Positions 9,037-18,067 of a DNA stretch of 64,000 nt are shown here, one piece after another (within the stretch, counting starts at the first letter, position 1; every line of letters starts with the position of its first letter). The position numbers and the translations under genes are program-made. The DNA is from Candidatus Eremiobacteria bacterium. Lineage in GTDB: Bacteria > Vulcanimicrobiota > Vulcanimicrobiia > Vulcanimicrobiales > Vulcanimicrobiaceae. The stretch is taken from assembly GCA_963758295.1 (NCBI GenBank), contig CAVWUU010000004.1, positions 704,001 to 768,000 of the forward strand. Direction: 5' to 3'. The notes under the pieces are model-generated. The model was given only the letters and a program-made list of their open reading frames with translations, was not told the origin of the DNA and ran no database searches.

Positions 9037-10929
9037 TTAGTTTTCGGACGCGCGCAGGTTGATCAGCGTGATCATGTTCTGGTCGGCCGTCGTAATGCCG
9101 CGGCTGTTCGCTTCGAACGCGCGCTGCGCCACGATCAACTTCGTGAACTGATCGGCGAGATTCACGTTCGATTGCTCGAGCGTGCCTGCGGCGATCGTGC
9201 CGTAACGGCCGGTTGCGGCAGTTCCGACCTCCGCCAGACCCGACGCCGACGTCTGCTCGAACTGATTGCTGCCCACGCGCGAGAGACCGTCTTCGTTCTG
9301 AAACGTCGCCAAGGCGATTTGCGCAAGATCCTTCTGCTGCCCGTTCGTGAACGAACCCGTCACCGTGCCGTCTTGACCCACCGTGATGTTCGAAAGAACG
9401 CCGGAGGCATAGCCGTTCTGCGAAAGCACATTGGCCGTATAGTCGCCTGCGAGGCTGGCGTTGCCTGAGTAATCGATCGCGATCGGACCCGGGGTCGGGG
9501 CGCCGCCGCCCGCCGTCGGAGCCGACGCGTTGTTACCGGCGCTCGGTCCCCATTGGGAGACGTTCAGCTGGTTGCCCTGATTGATGTTCGGATTGCCGCC
9601 CGCGGTCGTGTGCAAGTACATTGCGTCGGCCGGTGTAATGCCTTGGCCGGCGGCAACGCCTTCGATAGCCGACGAGTTGATGAACTGGCCGTTCTGATCG
9701 AAGTAGACGTAACCCATCGTTCCCGAACTGGTCGTCGAGTACGTCGGCGCCGTAACCGTGCCGGCCGCGTTGATGGAGCCCGGCGTTGCAATCGACTGGA
9801 ACGTCGTGCCATCGGCGAAGCTCACGCTCACCTTCCAACGCGACGAAACGGTGTGCGCGGAACCGGTCGCATCTTGCACGCTTGTCGGCAGGCCGTTCGT
9901 CGCCGGATTCACCGTGAAGTTTGCGCTCGCGCCCGCGTCCGCGGCGGCGAAGTTTCCGAGCGTGAACGTTGAGCCGCTGAGGGTGACGCTCGATCCGGGG
10001 CTCGCGGTAGCCGAATTGCCGTAGCTGTCCGTCACCGTTGCGGTGCCGCCGCCGGCGTTGACCGTAACGGTCAACGTGTTCGGGCCGGCGCTCGTCGTTT
10101 GCGGAGCAATCGTCGGCGGAACGCTCGCGATGAGGTTGCCGCCGCCGGAAAGCGCGGCGTTCGTCACGCCGGCGCCCGAAAGCGCCGCGGACGTGGAGCC
10201 GGTAGCATCGGGCGTGTAGGTGATCTGCGCTTGGTGCGCGTTTCCGAGCGAGTCGTAGATCGTGGTCGAAATGGTCTTCGGCGTACCCGCATTGATCGAT
10301 GCGCCGATGGTGTTCAGAAACTGCTGCGACCACTGCGTTTGATCGAGATTACCGCCGAGCGACACGTCGAAGACTTTGTCGTTTGCGGTCGGTCCCGTTT
10401 TCACGCCCTGGCCCGTTGCCGTTGCTTGTTCGGTGAGTCCGATCGGAATCGTGATGTTTCCGAGAGTGCCGTTCTGCGTGACTTGGCCGTTTGAATTGGC
10501 CATGTATCCCTGCACGGCGAGACCGGAAGCCGGATCGTAGAGCAAGCCCTGGGAGTTCAGCGAGAATGCACCGTCGCGCGTGTAAACCGGCTGGCTCGAG
10601 CCGTCGGTTGAACGCAGAACGAAGAAGCCGTCGCCGTTGATCGCTAGATCGGTATTGACGCCGGTCGTTTCAAGGCCGCCTTGCGCAAACTGCGTATCGA
10701 CGCTATTGACTTTGACGCCAAGTCCGTTGTCGACGGGATTGACGCCGCCGGTGGATTGCGTCGGGCCCGACGGTGCGCCGGTCTGCTGGTAGAACATATC
10801 TGCGAACGTCATGCGCTGGCCCTTGTAGCCGGTGGTCGCCGTGTTCGCGATGTTGTTCGAGAGCATGTCGATCCAGCTTTGATAAGCGTTGAGACCGCTA
10901 ATGCCCGTGAACAATGAATCGAAAGCCAT
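9037..10929 (-). CDS. flgE: Flagellar hook protein FlgE
   Basis: 'SNNIANTATTGYK', 'DLAINGDGFF', 'LEQSNVNLADQFTKLIVAQRAFEANSR'. Confidence 0.96.
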   Translation of the reverse strand: MAFDSLFTGISGLNAYQSWIDMLSNNIANTATTGYKGQRMTFADMFYQQTGAPSGPTQSTGGVNPVDNGLGVKVNSVDTQFAQGGLETTGVNTDLAINGDGFFVLRSTDGSSQPVYTRDGAFSLNSQGLLYDPASGLAVQGYMANSNGQVTQNGTLGNITIPIGLTEQATATGQGVKTGPTANDKVFDVSLGGNLDQTQWSQQFLNTIGASINAGTPKTISTTIYDSLGNAHQAQITYTPDATGSTSAALSGAGVTNAALSGGGNLIASVPPTIAPQTTSAGPNTLTVTVNAGGGTATVTDSYGNSATASPGSSVTLSGSTFTLGNFAAADAGASANFTVNPATNGLPTSVQDATGSAHTVSSRWKVSVSFADGTTFQSIATPGSINAAGTVTAPTYSTTSSGTMGYVYFDQNGQFINSSAIEGVAAGQGITPADAMYLHTTAGGNPNINQGNQLNVSQWGPSAGNNASAPTAGGGAPTPGPIAIDYSGNASLAGDYTANVLSQNGYASGVLSNITVGQDGTVTGSFTNGQQKDLAQIALATFQNEDGLSRVGSNQFEQTSASGLAEVGTAATGRYGTIAAGTLEQSNVNLADQFTKLIVAQRAFEANSRGITTADQNMITLINLRASEN

Positions 10930-10950
10930 GTATTAACCTCACATGGAGTT

Positions 10951-11008
10951 CCGCGGCGCTTCCATCAGTCGGCGTCGCGGCCGAGGCTCCGCATGCGGTC
11001 CGCCTCGG
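10951..11008 (-). promoter_or_regulatory. Two-hairpin structured element in the flgE 5' leader
   Basis: Abutting stems ccgaggc/gcctcgg and ccgcgacgc/gcgccgcgg just upstream of the flgE SD. Confidence 0.45.
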
Positions 11009-11028
11009 GTTGTGTGTTTAAAGGTTTT

Positions 11029-11439
11029 TTAAATGATTGCCGCCGAGTCGATGTTGGTGAACACGTTCTCCTTCATCGAATCGGAATCGACCGCAGTGAT
11101 CACCGTGCGGTTCTTGATGCTCACCACCATCGCGACGTCGCGCATGATGAACAGCGAGTTTTTCGCACCCTTCGCCGCGGCTTTATCCGCCATCGTGTTC
11201 ATCTTCGCCACGTCTTCAGACGAGAGGCTGATGTTACGCGATTGCAGACGCTGCATGGCGTGCGCCGAGAACTTGAGCGGTTCTGCCGATGTCGGAGCCG
11301 CCGGAGCGGTAACACCTTCGAGAACCGAACGGAAGCTCTGCGAGCCCGTCGGCGGAATCTGCACGGGGCGTCCGATGGGCCGCGCCGCGGGACCCGGAAT
11401 GATCTGCGGTTGTTGAACCTTGCTGACGTCCTTGTCCAT
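11029..11439 (-). CDS. Flagellar operon protein (TIGR02530 type)
   Basis: 'LKFSAHAMQRLQSRNI', 'KNRTVITAVD...ENVFTNIDSA'; between flgD and flgE. Confidence 0.88.
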   Translation of the reverse strand: MDKDVSKVQQPQIIPGPAARPIGRPVQIPPTGSQSFRSVLEGVTAPAAPTSAEPLKFSAHAMQRLQSRNISLSSEDVAKMNTMADKAAAKGAKNSLFIMRDVAMVVSIKNRTVITAVDSDSMKENVFTNIDSAAII

Positions 11440-11443
11440 CAGG

Positions 11444-11986
11444 TTATTGTCCGGACGACGTCGAGGAACCCGACGTCGCAGTTGCAGCAGCGGACCCGAT
11501 GCCGACGATATTCGTCGTCGCAAAGAGCAGCGCGTTGCCGTTGCTATCGCTGATGGTCTTCCCGCTTGAATCCGTCATCGTGAAGTACGGCGTGCCGTTT
11601 TGCACGTTAATGGACGACACGGTGCCCGTGACGGTATTGGAACTTCCGGTCGTGGTGCTGGTTTGGACGACCGTAGCCTGCTTGCCGATCAGCGATGCGG
11701 CTTGCATGACTCCAAAGGTGCTTTGGAAATTTGAGAACGACGACGCCAGCTGTTGTTGATACTGAAGCGCCGAGAATTGCGCGAGCTGCGTTACCGACTG
11801 CGTCGGGTCTTGCGGCTGCGTGGGATCTTGGTTCTGCAGTTCGGTCGTGAGCAGCGTCAAAAACTCGTTCGGATCGACGGCGAGGCCGCTCGAATTCGAC
11901 GAGGACGACGACGTCGTCTGCTGGTTGACGCCGATGAGCTGGTCGATCGGCTGAGCCGTCGTGCCAGCAACTGATGCCGATGGCAT
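11444..11986 (-). CDS. flgD: Flagellar hook capping protein FlgD
   Basis: 'FLTLLTTELQNQDPTQP...QLAQFSALQ'. Confidence 0.93.
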   Translation of the reverse strand: MPSASVAGTTAQPIDQLIGVNQQTTSSSSSNSSGLAVDPNEFLTLLTTELQNQDPTQPQDPTQSVTQLAQFSALQYQQQLASSFSNFQSTFGVMQAASLIGKQATVVQTSTTTGSSNTVTGTVSSINVQNGTPYFTMTDSSGKTISDSNGNALLFATTNIVGIGSAAATATSGSSTSSGQ

Positions 11987-12001
11987 GTTCTTCCTTCCTA
12001 A

Positions 12002-13531
12002 CTACGCGAGGTAGTTAAAGAGCTCGAGGCTCGAACTTGGCAGTAGCGCCGGTCCGGTACTCGAGGATTGCGCGACTTCGGAACCGTCTTCGCTGACGCC
12101 GATTTCATGGACGACGTAGCGACGGCCGAAACCGCCCGTGCGATCGCGGTTTTGATCGCGTCCCGCATCGCCGCCCGACACGTCGACGGAGAAACCCGTG
12201 AGGGTTAAACCGGCTTCGCTTAGCGACTGCGCGAGATGTTGGTGATTGGAGAGCAGGGCGTTACGCACTTCGCCGTTGGAGGCGACGACGTTCGCGCTGA
12301 TCGACGATCCGCTTACCGTAAGCTTCATCGTCACCTCACCGAGATTGTCGGGATTGAGCCGCAGCCGAATTTCCGACGAACCGGATTCGTTCGTACGCAT
12401 GACCATCGATTTCACAACCTGTTCGACGACGGCGTTTGCGTCGACGGAAGGTTGCGCGTGCGCTTGGACTTGCGTGGTGAATGAAGCGTTGCTGGTTTGC
12501 GTGTTTGCGGCAGCCGCGATGCCGAGTTGCGACGGATCCGTTGAGGACGACGTCTTGGAATCGGGCTGTTGCGAGAGATCGCGCTCGGCATTCGAACCGC
12601 TCGAATTACCTTGCGTGTTGGAATCGGAGCCGTGCGTGAGTGCCGCAAGCGCGTTCTGGAAACGCGCGGCGAGCGCCGACGGAGTGCTGTCCGTTCCAAG
12701 CGACACGGTCTGCTGGCCGCCTTGCGCTGCAGTGCCGTTCACGCGCGCATCGACTCCGGCCGCGCGTACTAACATACGTGCGAGGAGATCGGGTGCGTTC
12801 GCTTGGGTGATCTGCGTTGCCGGCGCGCTGCTTTGCGCGGATTGCGCTGAAGCCCCGGCCGATGGGGCCGGTGCATTTGCCGAGCCGGAGGGGTTCACCA
12901 CAGAGCCGAGCAGCGCGCGCGCTAACGCATCCGCATCGACTTGCGTCGCGGTGGATTCGGTTTTGCGCTGGGCCGGGATGTCTTTCGCCGAGTTGGCGTC
13001 CAAGATTTTTCCCGCGATATCGTTCTGCTGCCCTGCGGTGTTTTGCGTGTCCCCCGCGATTGTTGCGATTAGCTTTCGTAATCGCTGCGCGAGGGCCGCT
13101 GCTTGTTCTGCAGCCGTTCCTGGCGGAGCGTTTCCGGGTGGAGCAAGCGCATTCGCGATGGAGTCCACGAGTGAGGATTTCAATCGAGCGCTCGTGCTTG
13201 CACCCGTTTGCGACGGCAGCTGTTGCTGCACGGCGCTCGCGAGTTGTTGCGCGAGACGATCGATGATGGTTGACATTGGGGTACCGCTTTTTAGCAGAGC
13301 CGTTAGTTGCGCGAGCGGGTCGCCGGCTGTTCCGGAGCCGTTCGTCGCGCTGGAAAACAGCGAGGCGAAAGTCGTTCCGTTCGACTGCGATGAGGGGAGC
13401 AAGTCCGGCATCAACCCGAACCAGTTCACGTTCAGCGATCCGTCGGTCATTGAAGCGTGTTTCGTCCCTTCGAACGATAGCGGCTTTGCGTTGGAGCCCA
13501 ATGCATTAATGGAATTCACTTCTGTTCTCAC
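12002..13531 (-). CDS. fliK: Flagellar hook-length control protein FliK
   Basis: Low-complexity N-terminus; C-terminal 'IRLRLNPDNLGEVTMKL...LAQSLSEAGL'; true start may be GTG at 13519. Confidence 0.88.
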   Translation of the reverse strand: MRTEVNSINALGSNAKPLSFEGTKHASMTDGSLNVNWFGLMPDLLPSSQSNGTTFASLFSSATNGSGTAGDPLAQLTALLKSGTPMSTIIDRLAQQLASAVQQQLPSQTGASTSARLKSSLVDSIANALAPPGNAPPGTAAEQAAALAQRLRKLIATIAGDTQNTAGQQNDIAGKILDANSAKDIPAQRKTESTATQVDADALARALLGSVVNPSGSANAPAPSAGASAQSAQSSAPATQITQANAPDLLARMLVRAAGVDARVNGTAAQGGQQTVSLGTDSTPSALAARFQNALAALTHGSDSNTQGNSSGSNAERDLSQQPDSKTSSSTDPSQLGIAAAANTQTSNASFTTQVQAHAQPSVDANAVVEQVVKSMVMRTNESGSSEIRLRLNPDNLGEVTMKLTVSGSSISANVVASNGEVRNALLSNHQHLAQSLSEAGLTLTGFSVDVSGGDAGRDQNRDRTGGFGRRYVVHEIGVSEDGSEVAQSSSTGPALLPSSSLELFNYLA

Positions 13532-13585
13532 CTCCTTTCCACCAAAGTCAAATGGGAGACCATGGATTGGTCTCTCATAATTACG

Positions 13586-13613
13586 TCATCGGCACTCTGC
13601 GCTAGCTACCTTA
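13586..13613 (-). promoter_or_regulatory. Putative sigma-28 promoter for the fliK-flgD block, inside the aroF 3' end
   Basis: TAAG-N16-GCCGATGA. Confidence 0.55.
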
Positions 13614-14404
13614 GAGGCAGTGAAGGGCGCCAGCCGGCGCATCATTTGGGCGAAGTCCGCCAAGTCGAGCGCTTGTTCCTTATCCGACAGCGCGCGGCTG
13701 GGGTCGGGATGGACCTCGACGATGGCGCCGTCCAGGCCGGCGGCCGCCGCGGCTGCCACGAGAGGAGCGACTAAGCTTCGGCGCCCGGTCGCGTGGCTCG
13801 GATCGACGATAACCGGCAAGTGCGTCAGTTCCTTGAGGCGCAGCGCGCCGGCTAGATCGAAGAGGTTGCGCGTCTCCGGATCGAAGCCGCGGACGCCGCG
13901 TTCGCAGAGGACGACGTTCCGGTTTCCGTCGAGCAACAGGTATTCCGCGGCACACAACACCTCGTCGAGGGTCGCCGCGGGGCCACGCTTGAGCAGCACA
14001 GGCCGCCCCGTTCTCGCGGCGGCCCGCAAGAGCGCGAAGTTTTGCATGTTCCGGGCGCCGACTTGGATCATCGCCACTCGCCGTGCAAGAAGGGCGAGCT
14101 GCTCCTCCGAGGTGGCTTCGACCACCGCCGGCAGGCCGTGCCGCTCCGAGACCTGCGCGATCAGCTCCACTCCGCGTTCGCCCAACCCCTGGAATGAGTA
14201 CGGAGACGTGCGCGGCTTGAAGGCGCCGCCGCGCAACATCGCGGCGCCGCTCGCTGCTACGCCTCGCGTGACGGCTTCCATCTGCAACTCGTCTTCGATC
14301 GCGCACGGCCCGGCGATCATCGTGAATCCGTCGCCGAAGCGAACCCCGTCCACCTCGACGATCGACCCTTGCTCGGAACGGCGGCGCGCCAACTCGTACA
14401 TCAT
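13586..14404 (-). CDS. aroF: DAHP synthase, type I-beta, no N-terminal regulatory domain
   Basis: 'IAGPCAIE', 'RGGAFKPRTSPYSFQG', 'GARNMQNF', 'DPSHATG'. Confidence 0.93.
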   Translation of the reverse strand: MMYELARRRSEQGSIVEVDGVRFGDGFTMIAGPCAIEDELQMEAVTRGVAASGAAMLRGGAFKPRTSPYSFQGLGERGVELIAQVSERHGLPAVVEATSEEQLALLARRVAMIQVGARNMQNFALLRAAARTGRPVLLKRGPAATLDEVLCAAEYLLLDGNRNVVLCERGVRGFDPETRNLFDLAGALRLKELTHLPVIVDPSHATGRRSLVAPLVAAAAAAGLDGAIVEVHPDPSRALSDKEQALDLADFAQMMRRLAPFTASKVASAECR

Positions 14405-14425
14405 TTCTCTTCACCTTGCGTCGCG

Positions 14426-14462
14426 AAAAAATAAAAACCGCCCGGTGATCCGGACGGCCTTC
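14426..14462 (-). terminator. Attenuator terminator upstream of aroF
   Basis: ggccgtccgg-atca-ccgggcggtt followed by tttatttttt on the minus strand. Confidence 0.85.
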
Positions 14463-14486
14463 TTGACTAGCTAAAACTCGTACGTG

Positions 14487-14570
14487 CTACGTCATGACAA
14501 AGGCGCGCGCCTCACCGGCAAATGCTGCGGAGAGATGCCACCACCATGCGAACGTACGGAGCGTCGTCAT
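14487..14570 (-). CDS. Trp leader peptide MTTLRTFAWWWHLSAAFAGEARAFVMT
   Basis: Three consecutive TGG codons; ATGA overlap with the trpG stop; followed by a terminator. Confidence 0.82.
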   Translation of the reverse strand: MTTLRTFAWWWHLSAAFAGEARAFVMT

Positions 14571-15190
14571 TGCGCGGAGCTTACCACGCCGGCTCCGCAC
14601 GCGTCAACACCGGCAATAGCCAGCATATTTTTCACGATGCGGCCGCCGTGTTCGCTGAGCACCGACTCGGGATGAAATTGCACGCCGTGCACCGGTAGCG
14701 TGCGATGCTGCACACCTTGGATTGCGCCGTCACTGCTGCGCGCGGTTACGAGCAATTCCGACGGGAGCGAATACGGATCCAAACACAACGAGTGGTAACG
14801 CGTCGCCGTGAACGGTGAGGGGATCCCCGCAAAGATGCCGGTGCCGGTATGAGCGATGGCCGAAGTCTTTCCATGCATCTGTGACGGCGCGTGCGTGACG
14901 ATGGCGCCGAAAGTCTCGCCGATCGCTTGCAATCCAAGGCAAACGCCGAAGACGGCCATCTGCCGCTCGATCGCGCTTTTGAGTACCGTCATCGTGCGCG
15001 GCTGCTGCGATGGATTGCCGGGCCCGGGGCCGACCACGAGCAGCGCGTACTCATTCAAAAGCGACGGAACGAGCGCCGGGTCGTCGTTCAATAGAACATC
15101 GGGAGCAGCGCCTGCCGATGCCAGCAAGTGCACGACGTTGTACGTGAAGCTGTCGTAATTATCGATAAAGAGCAGACGGCTCGGTTGCAT
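14567..15190 (-). CDS. trpG: Anthranilate/aminodeoxychorismate synthase glutamine amidotransferase subunit
   Basis: 'IDNYDSFTYN', 'GPGPG', 'GVCLG', 'GVQFHPES'. Confidence 0.9.
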   Translation of the reverse strand: MQPSRLLFIDNYDSFTYNVVHLLASAGAAPDVLLNDDPALVPSLLNEYALLVVGPGPGNPSQQPRTMTVLKSAIERQMAVFGVCLGLQAIGETFGAIVTHAPSQMHGKTSAIAHTGTGIFAGIPSPFTATRYHSLCLDPYSLPSELLVTARSSDGAIQGVQHRTLPVHGVQFHPESVLSEHGGRIVKNMLAIAGVDACGAGVVSSAQ

Positions 15191-15262
15191 CGTCTTTGGG
15201 CCTACAACGATTGAGTCGGGAGTCCCTGGGCGCGAAAACTCCGCGACGGGTATTTAAGGGTC

Positions 15263-16028
15263 ATGAATCGTCCGCTTACACCGCTATTCCAGCTCGGCGC
15301 CTTGGGATTACTCTTCGCCCTGTCCGCTTGCGGCGGAGGCTCCTCTTCCTCGACGGCGTTGCCTTCGATGAACGCCTCACCGTCGATGGACGCGCACGAT
15401 CTGCTGGCGCAGGCGGCGGCAACGCCGATGCCGTCAACGTTGAGCCTCTACTCGGGCGCAACGTTCGGAATCGACAACAGTTTCACGCCCAGCGACGGCG
15501 ACAGCTCAACCGGCGGCAACGGCCAAACGATCGACGGCATTACATGTGCTACGTCGATGGTCGAAAATAAGTATCACGTTCATCTATTTGTCGGGCTGCT
15601 CGTGAACGGCGTACAATACGCTATTCCCGATGGTGTGGGCATGGATGTGCCCGGCGCTGATTCGAACGGTTTCACAAACAGCGCGAAGTGCTTCTATTCC
15701 ATTCACACGCACGACGCTTCGGGCATGATTCACATCGAATCAGCTTCCACCGCAGCGCTTTCTTCGTCGATTTTCAAACTCGGCAATTTGCTCGACGTTT
15801 GGGGGCAAAGCATCTCGGCGAATAACTTCGGCCGTTTCACCGGACCCGTGCACATTTTCTATTCAACCGTTCCGCTGCGTTCGACGTACAGCAGCACGTA
15901 TAAAGCCTACACCGCCGATCCCGGGACGCTCCCGTTCTACTCGCACGAAGCGATCTGGATCGAAGTCGGCTCAACGTACCGTACGGCTACGCAACTTCCC
16001 GCGCATCCGTTTCTATACGGAGTATTAA
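15263..16028 (+). CDS. Lipoprotein with HxH / HTHDxSGxIHIE motifs (probable +1 frameshift near 16000)
   Basis: Lipobox LSAC; 'YHVHL', 'IHTHDASGMIHIES'; removing one base gives ...LPRIRFYTEY* at 16028 and removes the overlap with the next gene. Confidence 0.7.
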
Positions 16029-16121
16029 CGGCGCGTTCCAACAGAGACCGACGTTTTGACGGCCGTCCGCTTGATGCGGCGGCCGTTTTTAAAGAGTACG
16101 ATCGGTCGGGGGAGGATTGCC

Positions 16122-17276
16122 ATGCGACGCTTCCCGATGTTTCTGTTGTTTGCTTTGGCTTTCGCCTCGTGCAGTTCGCAGCACGCAACGCCGGTAATTC
16201 CCGATGCCGCCTCCGGTTTGATCAAGCAATCGCTCGCCGCCGGGGCGACCCAGTGCGTCCTGGATGCGGCAAGTCTAAGCCCCGTAAGCGCCACGCAATA
16301 TGTCGTCAACGGGATTTCTGCGAGTGACGCGTGGGCTAGCGCTTCGTCAAATTTCACCCCAACGCCAGACCAGCAAGTACACCTGTCGCACTTCAATGGA
16401 TCCGTTTGGAGCCCGGTTCCCGTTCCGGTTCTCACGCACAGTTGGGTCTTCGTAAGAGTAGACTCAATTTATTCGATTGCTACCAACGATGTGTGGGCCG
16501 TAGGTGAGGCGTTTGATCACAACGACAGCACGACGCCGTTCGTTTTGCACTGGAATGGCACGCGCTGGCTTTTCTTCCGGAATCCCCCCAGTTTCGCGAG
16601 CGGACATGGATTCGATTTCCTCCGGGTCGCAGCCGACGCGCCGAACGACGTATGGATCGCGGCCGATAGCGCGGATTCTCCGAATCTTCATCTCGCACGC
16701 TGGAACGGTTCTTCATGGTTCGAAACGACGGCGACAGGCGGAAACGAGGTTACAGGGCTTCTTGCCATTTCGCCAACGAACGTGTGGATGTCGGTCTTCG
16801 AATCTCCAACCGGCGTGTTCCATTGGAACGGCACCGGTTTGACTTCACAACTCCTGCCGCCGTCCAACGGTAGGCCGCCGGAGAATTTACGATCGCTAGT
16901 CGGCACCGGACAGTACGACCTCTGGACAAGCGGTGAAAGCCAATACATCGCGCATCGATCGGCGGGATGGTCGCCCTTCGTCGTAAACGCGGGAACAGAC
17001 GACGTGCACGAGATTGTCGCGTTTCGTTACGGCTACGCCGTCGCGATGACCGCTAACACGAGTAACACCGGGGGTCTATTGGTATACAACAACGTCGATC
17101 GTTGGCGTCCTACGACGAGCCCGTTCGGAAAATATACCGCATGGGCTGGAACTAGCGTGGTTCGGGGAACGACGAGTTTTTGGACCAATCTGCTCGACAG
17201 GACCGATCCGTCGGAGCCATCGCGCGTCGGCCTTGTGGTTTGTCCACCTAATCCGCCGGCACCGTTGAATCCTTGA
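16122..17276 (+). CDS. Secreted/lipoprotein with 'DVWAVG...HWNGxxW' repeats (beta-propeller-like)
   Basis: GGAGG SD before ATG 16122; FASC lipobox; repeated WNG motifs. Confidence 0.75.
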   Translation: MRRFPMFLLFALAFASCSSQHATPVIPDAASGLIKQSLAAGATQCVLDAASLSPVSATQYVVNGISASDAWASASSNFTPTPDQQVHLSHFNGSVWSPVPVPVLTHSWVFVRVDSIYSIATNDVWAVGEAFDHNDSTTPFVLHWNGTRWLFFRNPPSFASGHGFDFLRVAADAPNDVWIAADSADSPNLHLARWNGSSWFETTATGGNEVTGLLAISPTNVWMSVFESPTGVFHWNGTGLTSQLLPPSNGRPPENLRSLVGTGQYDLWTSGESQYIAHRSAGWSPFVVNAGTDDVHEIVAFRYGYAVAMTANTSNTGGLLVYNNVDRWRPTTSPFGKYTAWAGTSVVRGTTSFWTNLLDRTDPSEPSRVGLVVCPPNPPAPLNP

Positions 17277-17299
17277 ACGAGCCGATAACAATCGCAAGC

Positions 17300-17332
17300 A
17301 AGCGGTTTGTGAAAACAAACCGCTTTTTGTTT
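17300..17332 (+). terminator. Intrinsic terminator
   Basis: aagcggtttgt-gaaa-acaaaccgctt followed by tttgtttt. Confidence 0.8.
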
Positions 17333-17357
17333 TCGTTGCTGGGTATTGGAGGCACTC

Positions 17358-17897
17358 ATGAAAAAGCTACTTCTCATCCCGGCGCTCGCCGGTTTCCTCT
17401 TCGCACTTTTTCCCGCCGCAGCCAACGCGGCACTTTACTGTCCGCTCCGTTCGAGCATCTTCGGCACGATCGTCGGCGTGCGTTCGAACGAACTCACGCT
17501 TTCTTCAGTCCCCGGTGAATTCGGACGCATGGGCTACATCCACATCGTTTCTAACGGCGCGCGGGTCAATGCGAAGGGCCTGCAACTTCGCCGCGGCGTT
17601 TTTGCCGGCGTTTACGGCTGCTTGACGCCGGACCGCCGTCAGTTCAACGCCGAGGACGTGACGTTGGCTCCCAACGAATCGGCGTACGAATCGTATCCGC
17701 GACGTACGGCTTCGCTCGAGGGCCGGGTTACCGCCGTTCAGAGCGGACGATTCTTACTTAACTCGAGCGGTGGTCACGGCAACGTTTGGGTTTACACGAG
17801 CCAACCGGTTCGCAACGGCGAGCTTGTCGCGGTAACCGGATCGTTTGCCCCGCGCAACGCTTCCTTCGAAGCTTCGTCGGTCAGCCGCCAGCGATAA
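17358..17897 (+). CDS. Secreted protein with two probable OB-fold (DUF5666-like) repeats
   Basis: GGAGG SD, signal peptide MKKLLL..ANA; 'GTIVGV', 'LEGRVTAV...VAVTG...FEAS'. Confidence 0.65.
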   Translation: MKKLLLIPALAGFLFALFPAAANAALYCPLRSSIFGTIVGVRSNELTLSSVPGEFGRMGYIHIVSNGARVNAKGLQLRRGVFAGVYGCLTPDRRQFNAEDVTLAPNESAYESYPRRTASLEGRVTAVQSGRFLLNSSGGHGNVWVYTSQPVRNGELVAVTGSFAPRNASFEASSVSRQR

Positions 17898-17987
17898 TTC
17901 ATCCTTCTCTCATTGCTCGCACCTGCGGCGAGGACTCCTCGCCGCTTTCGCTTAGGTAAAAGAGTTTGCGCAAGATGCAGTACTGAC

Positions 17988-18046
17988 ATGCGCCTGTCCC
18001 TCGACAAGCCAGGATGACGGGTCCTTCGACAAGCTCACGGTGACGG
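17988..18046 (-). repeat. Solo degenerate copies of the array REP-like element
   Basis: atgcgcctgtccctcgacaagccaggatgac and ccttcgacaagctcacggtgac. Confidence 0.85.
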
Positions 18047-18067
18047 GGTGTCGAAACGCGCAGAGAA

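Noticed and set aside
15263..16327. 354-aa version of the lipoprotein
   Set aside because: The tail overlaps the next gene by about 200 bp; a single-base indel near 16000 gives a natural stop at 16028.
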